A DNA stretch of 18,634 bases from Kofleriaceae bacterium (GTDB lineage: Bacteria > Myxococcota_A > Polyangia > Haliangiales > Haliangiaceae). Every line of letters starts with the position of its first letter. The stretch's first letter is position 1. The stretch covers positions 1 through 18,634 of the forward strand of contig JBKJLC010000228.1 in assembly GCA_046597055.1 (NCBI GenBank). The letters are read 5' to 3'. A program made the position numbers and the translations under genes. The notes below the pieces were generated by a model. It was not told the DNA's origin. It was given only the letters and a program-made list of their open reading frames with translations, and did not search any database. Shown here piece by piece: positions 7,269-14,269 of this stretch.

Positions 7269-9980
7269 CTATCCGGGCAGGAGATCGTTCTCGTCCAGCA
7301 CGGCCTCGTCGACCTCCCAGGCCTCCTCTTCCAGGAGGTCGGCCTCGTCGAGCAGCTCCATCGGCGTCGACGCATCCATCGCCTCGAGCTCGGTCGCCGC
7401 CAGCTCGGGTAGCCCGCGCTCGAGGGCCTCGAAGAAGCGTCGCGAGTACTGGCGGTTGACCGTCACTTCGCGGGCCGGGACCCCGGCCCGGACGTCGTCG
7501 CGGGCGGCCGGCTCCATCCGCTCCAGCGCCATGCGGGCGACCGGCGCGACGGCGCTCTGGCCCGCGGCCAGGGTCTCGATCGCGGCACGGCCACCACGCA
7601 CGCCGACATGGGCCATCGCCCAGGCCAGCCGCTCCTGATCGCCGGCCTCGGCGCGCTCGCCCAGCCGCCCCAGCCGGGCCGCCAGCGGCATCAGCGCCGG
7701 TGGGCCGATGTGGCCGACCGCGCGCGCGATCTCGCGCCAGATCTCGGTCGGCTCGGACATCAGCAGGTCGACCACCGCCTGGGTGCCCTCTTCGGTGCGC
7801 AGGAGCGCCAGGGCCAGCGCGCAGCCGTGGCGCAGGAACGCCTTGGAGCTGGCCAGGCCGGCGGTCAGGGCCGGCGCCGTCGCCGGGCCCAGCTTGACCA
7901 TCGTCCCCAGCACCCGCACCGCCTCGGATCGGGCCATGCGCCGAACCGCGTGCATGATCGGACGGATCGCGGAGGCGTCGCCGCGCTCGCACAGCTCCAG
8001 CGCCGCCTCCAGCCGCCGCTCGCGATCGTCGAGCAGCGTGATCAGGTCCGGCACCGAGCGGCCGCGCACCAGGGCCGGCGACGGCCGCGGCCCGATCGTG
8101 CCCGACACCACCGGCTCGAGCTCGCTGACCACCGCGCCGCCGACGCCGAGCACCGCGGCCTCGTCGGACAGCGCCTTGCGGTTGTCCTCGATCGAGTCGG
8201 GGTCGAGGTCGTTGGCGACCGCGTCACCCAGGAGCGCACCGAAGCCGACCTCGAGCTTGCCGATCAGATCCTTGCGGGACCGGGCCAGGCCCTCGGACAC
8301 CGCGGTCTGCGCCAGCTCGGTGCCCATCCACAAGCCGAGGCCGACCGCGCGGGCCAGGACGCCGGTGCGCAGCTCGCGCCAGCGCCCGAGCGGGAACGCG
8401 CGGACGGTGACCAGGTAGTCCTCGCCGGCGGGTCGGGTGAAGCGGCGCGCGATCGCCAGGGCCCGGCGCACCTGGTTGGCGGTGGTGAGCTGCTCGAGCT
8501 TGTCGACCCGGAACTCGCCGTGCTCGGGATGATCGAGGCCGAGGAGGTCCCGATCGCCCCCGGTGAGGGTGGCGACCGCCCGGGCCGGGCTCTGCTGCGA
8601 CGGCGGCACGCTGCGCAGGTGATCGATGGCGGCGCGGATGATGTACCCGACGTTCTCGGACAGCGGCGCGCGGACCCGGACCCTTCGCACCTGGCGGCGC
8701 TCGATCCACAGGTCGAGATCGATCGTGAAGTCGCGCTCGAGCTGGCCCATCACGCGGCGGTCGGCGTCGGCGGCGACGTCGAGGAAGACCAGCCCCCGGT
8801 GGGCCGGGCCGATGCCGCGCAGCGCGCCGGCCGAGCCGAACAGGAGGGTGACGACCGGGTACTCGGGCAGCCGGTGGACCTGCAGCCGCAGGTCGAGCGC
8901 GCCCCCGACCAGGGTGGCGGCGCTGCCGGCCGGGATCCGCAGCGCGGCGCGCACCCGGCCGTCGTCGAGCGTGATCGCCGAGGTCGCGGTGCCGGCGGCG
9001 AACGCGTCGGCCCAGGGGTCGGCGCCCGCCGCCGGCCCGACCGCGCCGTCCGCGGTCCGGGTGGTCACCGGGTCGGCCGCCGCCGGCAGCGCCGGCGCGT
9101 CCATCTCGTCGACGATGTCGAACGGGGTGGTGACGTCGTCGGGGGGCTCGCGCGGCAGCGCGGTCGGGTCGACGCCGGGCGCGGTCGACGACTCGTCGTA
9201 CAGCAGCGGCTCGACCACGGTGACGAGGGCGGCGACCGGCGGCTCGCTGCCGCGGCGGGTTCGCTCGAGGCCGTGCCGCGCGCGCTCGAGCTCGATCCGC
9301 GCCCGCTCCATGTCGGACTTGACCTGCGCGGTCTCGGCCAGCTGCCGGGACAGGTCGGCGCGGGCGACGTCGACCTCGGCGGTGCGACGGTCGAGTTCGC
9401 GGCCCCGGCGCTCGAGCTCGGCCAGGCGCCGTTCGAGGTCGGCCTCGCGGGTGCCCAGCTCGACCCGGCGACGCTCGTGCTGGCCGCGCTCGCGCTCGAG
9501 GTCGGCGCCGCGCTGGCCGGCAAGCGCGCGCTCGGCCAGCCGCTCGAGGTGACTGCGTAGGCCGGCCGCGCCGAACACCACGGCGAAGTCGCGCACGTAC
9601 GCCGGGACCGACGCGCCGGGATCGCGCGCGAGCTCGGCGTACAGCGCAGCGCGCGCCTCCAGCTCGCGGTGGCGGTCGGTCTCGGGCAGGACCACCGCGA
9701 ACACCTCGGTGGCCGGGTCGTGATAGACGACCGGCACGCCGATGACCACCGCGGTACCGTCGGGCGCCCGCACCAGGTTGAGCGCGCGCTCGGCCTCGTC
9801 GGCGAGGAGCCGCTGCCCGAGCTCGGGATCGGCGACGACGTCGACCGCGACCCACACCTTGGCCGTGACGAGCTCACCACCCGGCAGGGTGACGTGGATC
9901 GAGCTCTGACGGCTGGCGCCGGCAGCGCCACGGTACGCGTTGTGGGACGGCGCGCGTTCCCGCCCCCGGGGAATGGCCAT
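7269..9980 (-). CDS. 903-aa hypothetical protein: CpXC-like N-terminal domain (no Cys), coiled coil, unknown central domain, HEAT-like repeats, acidic tail
   Basis: Long ORF with strong GC3 bias. VWVAVDVVADPEL...VPVVYHDP matches the CpXC pattern. Heptad E/R/L-rich stretch (~9260-9560). HEAT-like RLEAALELCERGDASAIRPI, LRHGCALALALL, IWREIARAVGHIGPPAL. Start ATG 9980 chosen over 10028. Confidence 0.75.
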   Translation of the reverse strand: MAIPRGRERAPSHNAYRGAAGASRQSSIHVTLPGGELVTAKVWVAVDVVADPELGQRLLADEAERALNLVRAPDGTAVVIGVPVVYHDPATEVFAVVLPETDRHRELEARAALYAELARDPGASVPAYVRDFAVVFGAAGLRSHLERLAERALAGQRGADLERERGQHERRRVELGTREADLERRLAELERRGRELDRRTAEVDVARADLSRQLAETAQVKSDMERARIELERARHGLERTRRGSEPPVAALVTVVEPLLYDESSTAPGVDPTALPREPPDDVTTPFDIVDEMDAPALPAAADPVTTRTADGAVGPAAGADPWADAFAAGTATSAITLDDGRVRAALRIPAGSAATLVGGALDLRLQVHRLPEYPVVTLLFGSAGALRGIGPAHRGLVFLDVAADADRRVMGQLERDFTIDLDLWIERRQVRRVRVRAPLSENVGYIIRAAIDHLRSVPPSQQSPARAVATLTGGDRDLLGLDHPEHGEFRVDKLEQLTTANQVRRALAIARRFTRPAGEDYLVTVRAFPLGRWRELRTGVLARAVGLGLWMGTELAQTAVSEGLARSRKDLIGKLEVGFGALLGDAVANDLDPDSIEDNRKALSDEAAVLGVGGAVVSELEPVVSGTIGPRPSPALVRGRSVPDLITLLDDRERRLEAALELCERGDASAIRPIMHAVRRMARSEAVRVLGTMVKLGPATAPALTAGLASSKAFLRHGCALALALLRTEEGTQAVVDLLMSEPTEIWREIARAVGHIGPPALMPLAARLGRLGERAEAGDQERLAWAMAHVGVRGGRAAIETLAAGQSAVAPVARMALERMEPAARDDVRAGVPAREVTVNRQYSRRFFEALERGLPELAATELEAMDASTPMELLDEADLLEEEAWEVDEAVLDENDLLPG

Positions 9981-10073
9981 GCCGTGGGCATAACACGGAA
10001 CCTGCTTCGGGATCAGGAGCGCTCGCACCCGAGCGGCGCGGGCGTGTGCGGTCGGCGCGGTCCCGGCGCAGCG

Positions 10074-10748
10074 TCAGTTCAGCGCGACCGGACCGGGGTC
10101 GCCCGCGTCGTCGTCGTCGTCATCGTCAGGTTCCCCGTCGATCAGCCCGTCGGCGTCGAGCGCACCGGTCAGCACGCCGGCCGGGTCGGTCTCGGGCTCG
10201 TCGGGGTCGTCGCCGGTCTGCTGGCCCATCATCCGGGCGGCGACCGCGACCAGCACCTCGTGCACGTGCTCGAGCGTGTCGAGCCGACCGCACAGCGAGT
10301 AGTAGTCGTCCTCGGTGACCTCGCCCATCCGGGCCAGGGTCTGCTCGACGTACGGCAGCATCCGCGGCGGCGCGTCGAGGCCGGTGTCGAGATCGAGATC
10401 AGCGAGCTCGCCGCGCACGATCGCGGCCGCGACGAACCCGATCGGCGAGAAGTGAACCCCGGTGGGCAGGACCACCCGCCACGCCATGACGTCGTCGTCC
10501 GACATGTCCCAGCGGCCCCCCAGCCGGCGCCGGACGACCTCGCCGAAGTACGCGCCCGAGGTCAGGGAGATCAGCTCGAGCGTCGCCGGCTGATCACCCG
10601 GCACCGAGCGGAGATAGTGGTCGAGGAGCGGCAGCGTGTCGCTGTCGTAGGCGAGCTCGAGGCCGATCGCGCGGCGGACGTACTCGACCGCCTGGGTCGC
10701 GTACTCGTGCACCCGAGGAGGGGCGCCTGCGGCGATGGGAACAACCAT
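10074..10748 (-). CDS. Hypothetical protein with LxYxxxTLxxLD...GAYFGEVVRRRLGGRW motif (DUF3806/DUF6278-like) and acidic tail
   Basis: ATG 10748 sits 6 nt after a good promoter. Coding-like codon bias. The DUF assignment is from recalled motif similarity only. Confidence 0.75.
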   Translation of the reverse strand: MVVPIAAGAPPRVHEYATQAVEYVRRAIGLELAYDSDTLPLLDHYLRSVPGDQPATLELISLTSGAYFGEVVRRRLGGRWDMSDDDVMAWRVVLPTGVHFSPIGFVAAAIVRGELADLDLDTGLDAPPRMLPYVEQTLARMGEVTEDDYYSLCGRLDTLEHVHEVLVAVAARMMGQQTGDDPDEPETDPAGVLTGALDADGLIDGEPDDDDDDDAGDPGPVALN

Positions 10749-10754
10749 CCACCA

Positions 10755-10783
10755 AGAATGGCGCTCCCCCCCGACCCGGTCAA
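10755..10783 (-). promoter_or_regulatory. Sigma70-type promoter, probably giving a leaderless mRNA
   Basis: Minus strand TTGACC (10783-10778), 17 nt, CATTCT (10760-10755), 6 nt, ATG 10748. Confidence 0.6.
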
Positions 10784-10813
10784 GCTGGCGCGACCTGCCG
10801 TCGACGAGGGCAG

Positions 10814-11776
10814 CTACTCGATCAGGCCGAACGCGACGTCGCCGTAGCGGGACTCGACCCGCACCGAGCCGCCGCTGCCGGGCTTGCCGGCGCGGCCGAA
10901 CTGGCCGTCGGTCCAGCGGCCGGACACCGGCGCCGGGCCGGCCCACCGCAGGGTGCCGCCGGCGCGCGCCTTGACCGTCAACCGCGCCACCGCGCGGATC
11001 TGGACGTCGACCTTGCCACGCAGGCTCGACACCACGATCACGCCGCCGGGCTGGGCCGACGCGGCCACCCGGATGTCGCCGCCGATCGCGTGCAGGCGCA
11101 GCTCGCGGGTCGAGATGTGCTGGCCCTCGATGTCGCCATCGTAGACCTGCGCCGCGAGCAGCTGGCCGCGCACGGTGTCGAGCGCGAGATTGCCGTCGAT
11201 CGCGTGGGCGTCGACCGAGCCGAACACGTCCTGGAAGCGCTGATTGCCGTCGACCGAGCGGGTGCGGACCGGGCCGGCGACGTTGCGGACCGCGATCGCC
11301 CCGGCCCCGGCGTCGAGCTCCGCGCCGGCGTCGACGTTGGCCACCTCGAGCTTGCCGCCGCCGACCCGGCCCTCGACCCGGGCCGACCTCGGCACCCGGA
11401 TGACGAGATCGATGCGCAGGCTCGACAGCGCCACCGGCCGGCGCTCGCGCGCGCTGGCCAGGGTGGTCGTGAGGCGGACCGTGCCGTCGGGGTCCGGCAC
11501 CAGCGTGACCCGCAGGCGCTCGAGGGTGTCGACGTCGGGCGCGTGCTTGACCGCGACGATGGTGACGCCGTCGCCATCGTGGCCCTCGATCGTCACGTCG
11601 CCGAGCTGGTTGTCGATCACGACCGCCCCGATCGGCCGGCGCGCCGGTCCCACCGTGAGCTCGGCCCGCTCGACGACCTCGCCGTCGGCGTCGCCGACCG
11701 GGCCCTCGGCAGCGGCCGGCGCGATCGCGGCGAGCGCCCCGACCAGCCCCGCCACCAGCGCGACCGGCAGCCTCAC
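10814..11776 (-). CDS. Secreted DUF4097-type beta-strand-repeat protein
   Basis: GTG 11776 overlaps the anti-sigma TGA. Signal peptide MRLPVALVAGLVGALAAIAPAAA. Repeats such as IDNQLGDVTI, RSVDGNQ, HAIDGNL, QVYDGDI, HAIGGDI, SSLRGKV, ESRYGDV, and IDLVIRVPRSA. Confidence 0.8.
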   Translation of the reverse strand: MRLPVALVAGLVGALAAIAPAAAEGPVGDADGEVVERAELTVGPARRPIGAVVIDNQLGDVTIEGHDGDGVTIVAVKHAPDVDTLERLRVTLVPDPDGTVRLTTTLASARERRPVALSSLRIDLVIRVPRSARVEGRVGGGKLEVANVDAGAELDAGAGAIAVRNVAGPVRTRSVDGNQRFQDVFGSVDAHAIDGNLALDTVRGQLLAAQVYDGDIEGQHISTRELRLHAIGGDIRVAASAQPGGVIVVSSLRGKVDVQIRAVARLTVKARAGGTLRWAGPAPVSGRWTDGQFGRAGKPGSGGSVRVESRYGDVAFGLIE

Positions 11777-12495
11777 CGGCGCACCTCGGCGACCTGCTCG
11801 CCGAGCGCGCTGCGCTCGAGGAACCCGATCAGCGCGTGCCACGCGCGGTCGCGCGGCTTGCCGTCGGCGGCGCCGAGCACCACGTGCTCGAGGAGCGCGA
11901 CCTCGCGATCGAAGCGGCGCCGGGCCCGGGTGCCGTCGCCGAGGGTGCTGCGCACCTGCGCGAGCAGGTCGGCCGTGACCCGGCGGTAGCGGGCATCGAT
12001 CCGCGCCGTCTCGTCGGCGAGCTCGGCGGTGGCGTCGCGCGCCACCGGCGGCCGAGGCGGCCGATCCGGGGTGACCGCCGGCTCGGCCGCGCGCTCGGGC
12101 GTGGGCGTGAGCACCAGGTCGGCGCCACCGGTCGGAGCGGGCGGTTCGGCGTTGCGCAGCTGGATGACCATGGCGGCGGCCGCGCACGCGCCGACCGCGA
12201 TGCTGGCCGGGGCCAGGTGCGGGCGCAGTCGATCGTACAGGCGGGCCCAGCGCGAGCGCCGGCCGTCGGCGATCTCGGCCTCGCCGAGGCGGGCCAGCAC
12301 GCCGTCCCACACCGCCGGGGTCGGCTCCGCCCGCTCGAGGCCGGCCAGGCTGTCGCGGATCGCGGCGTGGTCTTCGGCGCAGATCCGGCACGTCGCGCAC
12401 ACCCGCAGGTGGCCGCGCACCGCGCTGGCGTTGGAGCCGTCGAGCTCGCCGTCCAGGTAGGACGTCAGCTTCCCCAGCGCCTCGCGGCAGGTCAT
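11773..12495 (-). CDS. Zinc-finger (ZAS, zf-HC2) transmembrane anti-sigma factor
   Basis: MTCREALGKLTSYLDGEL...HLRVCATC (HxxxCxxC), one hydrophobic segment (LAPASIAVGACAAAAMVI), helical C-terminus. GGGAGG RBS and ATGA overlap with the sigma stop. Confidence 0.9.
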   Translation of the reverse strand: MTCREALGKLTSYLDGELDGSNASAVRGHLRVCATCRICAEDHAAIRDSLAGLERAEPTPAVWDGVLARLGEAEIADGRRSRWARLYDRLRPHLAPASIAVGACAAAAMVIQLRNAEPPAPTGGADLVLTPTPERAAEPAVTPDRPPRPPVARDATAELADETARIDARYRRVTADLLAQVRSTLGDGTRARRRFDREVALLEHVVLGAADGKPRDRAWHALIGFLERSALGEQVAEVRR

Positions 12496-13229
12496 GCACC
12501 CTCCCGATCGCTCGCGTCGGTGGCGTCTGGCGTGGTCGGCGCGGCCAGGCCGCGCTCGGCGGCGAGCGCCGGGCCCAGCAGCTCCCGCATCTTGCCGCGC
12601 GCCTTGTGCAGCTGCGACTTGCAGGTGCCGACCCGGCAGTCGAGGATCGCGGCGCACTCCTCGTGCGAGAGGCCCTCGATGTCGTGGAGCACGAGGATCG
12701 CGCGGTAGCCGGCCGGCAGCCGCACCATCGCCGCTTCGACCCGGCTCGACAGCCGCGGGTCGCGCGCCGGCGCGGTCGGCGCCGCGATCTGCTCGAGCTC
12801 GTCGTCGGAGACCTCGCTGCGGCGCTTCTGCTTGCCGAGGTGGGTCAACGACGCGTTGACCGCCAGCCGGTACACCCAGGTGCCGAGCTGCGAGTCGCCG
12901 CGGAAGTTGGCCAGGCCGCGAAACACGCGCACGAACACGTCCTGCGCGACCTCCTCGGCCTCGGAGGCCCCGACGATGCGGTGGCACAGGCCGAACACCC
13001 GCCGCTTGTACTGATGATAGAGCGCCTCCATCGCCCGCCGTTCCCCGCGCTGGCAGGCAGCCACCAGCTGGGCGTCGTCGGTGACGGCGGCGGTCAGCGC
13101 CGCCGCGGGGGCCAGGGTGCGGGGGCCAGGCAGGTCGTCGGTGGCGGCGTGAGCGATCGGCACGGGTTCCTCGGTAGGACCGGCAGGCCCATCCGCTGGT
13201 TGCCTGGGCCAGTCGCGCTCTCGCACCAC
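12492..13229 (-). CDS. ECF (sigma70 group 4) RNA polymerase sigma factor
   Basis: Region 2 DAQLVAACQRGE...EAEEVAQDVFVRVFRGLANFRGDSQLGTWVYRLAVN; region 4 LPAGYRAILVLHDIEGLSHEECAAILDCRVGTCKSQLHKAR. Start uncertain: GTG 13229/13226, or GTG 13163 behind GAGGA. Confidence 0.92.
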   Translation of the reverse strand: MVRERDWPRQPADGPAGPTEEPVPIAHAATDDLPGPRTLAPAAALTAAVTDDAQLVAACQRGERRAMEALYHQYKRRVFGLCHRIVGASEAEEVAQDVFVRVFRGLANFRGDSQLGTWVYRLAVNASLTHLGKQKRRSEVSDDELEQIAAPTAPARDPRLSSRVEAAMVRLPAGYRAILVLHDIEGLSHEECAAILDCRVGTCKSQLHKARGKMRELLGPALAAERGLAAPTTPDATDASDREGA

Positions 13230-13246
13230 GGGACACCTTATACCGG

Positions 13247-13274
13247 GTCGCGATGCTAGAGTCGGCATCGTGAC
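13247..13274. promoter_or_regulatory. Inverted repeat (10-bp arms, 9/10 match, 8-nt spacer) between overlapping divergent promoters
   Basis: GTCGCGATGC-TAGAGTCG-GCATCGTGAC. The spacer holds the plus-strand TAGAGT -10 (13257-13262, preceded by TGC). Minus-strand TATAAG lies at 13242-13237. Confidence 0.5.
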
Positions 13275-13298
13275 GTACCCCACGCGGCAGGGCCTGCC

Positions 13299-14207
13299 GT
13301 GATCCGCCCGATCGTGGCTGGCCTCGGGCGCATCGGGGTCTCCGTGACAGCGCTGGCTCATCGAGTTCCCGAGGCGGGATCGGGTGATGCGGCCGAGCTG
13401 GCCGCGGTCTCGCTCGCTCCGGGCCCCGGGATCGCCGTCGCGGTGCGCGCCGCCCAGGCGCTCGGCTGCCGCGGTCGCATCGGCGGCTGGGTCGGCTCCG
13501 ATGGCATGGGCGCGTTCGCCCGGGCCACCCTCGCCCGCGCCGGCGTCGACGTCGAGCTGGTGCGGGCCGCACCCGGCGGGTCGCGCTGCGAGATCGTGAC
13601 CGTCGATCCCGACGGGCGTCGGCTGGTCCAGCGTGGCGACGGCGACCAGATCGACGAGGACACGCTGCCGATCGATCTCGAGCTGCTGCTCGACGGCGCC
13701 GCGGCGCTCCTGCTCGACGACTCGTGCCCGCGGGTGCAGGCGCAGGCGGCGGCGCGGGCGCGCGAGCGCGGCATTCCGGTGATCGTCGACGTCACCGCGC
13801 CGGTCGAGGGCACCGCCGAGCTGGTGACCTTCGCCGACGTGCTGATCTCGTCGGAGCGCATGGTGTCGGAGCTGGCGCCGCGGCGCGATTTGATGAGCGC
13901 GCTCGGTGATCTGGTCGCGCTGGGACCGCGCGCGGTGATCGTGACGCTCGGCGCCGCGGGCGCGGTCGGTCGCCACGGCGGCGAGGTGATCGAGGTGCCT
14001 GGCTATCCGGTCGAGACCATCGACGCCACCGGCGCCGGTTCGGTGTTTCACGGCGCGTTCGTCGCCGCCCTGCTGGGCGAGCTGCCGTTCGCGCGCTGCG
14101 TGGAGCTGGCCTCGGCAGCGGCCGCGCTGTCGTGCCAGGGGCTCGGCCCGTGGGACGGCATCCCCGAGCGCGACGACGCGCTCGCGTTCGTGAAGACCCG
14201 GATCTGA
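13299..14207 (+). CDS. PfkB/ribokinase-fold protein with altered catalytic signature (GAGS)
   Basis: ALG...GWVGSDGMG...L...GVD, ARERGIPVIVD, ADVLISSE, VIVTLGAAGA, IDATGAGSVFHGAF, ASAAAALSC. Confidence 0.88.
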   Translation: MIRPIVAGLGRIGVSVTALAHRVPEAGSGDAAELAAVSLAPGPGIAVAVRAAQALGCRGRIGGWVGSDGMGAFARATLARAGVDVELVRAAPGGSRCEIVTVDPDGRRLVQRGDGDQIDEDTLPIDLELLLDGAAALLLDDSCPRVQAQAAARARERGIPVIVDVTAPVEGTAELVTFADVLISSERMVSELAPRRDLMSALGDLVALGPRAVIVTLGAAGAVGRHGGEVIEVPGYPVETIDATGAGSVFHGAFVAALLGELPFARCVELASAAAALSCQGLGPWDGIPERDDALAFVKTRI

Positions 14208-14269
14208 CCGGGGATCGGGTGGGCTCGGGATGAATGAGGATCGGGGCGGGCGTGTGGTAACGCTTCGCC

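Noticed and set aside
10107..10127. (GTC)n trinucleotide repeat
   Set aside because: It simply encodes the poly-Asp tail of the minus-strand gene.
10766..10772. G7 tract in the promoter spacer as a phase-variation switch
   Set aside because: Seven bases is short and unremarkable at this GC content; read-level length variation would be needed.
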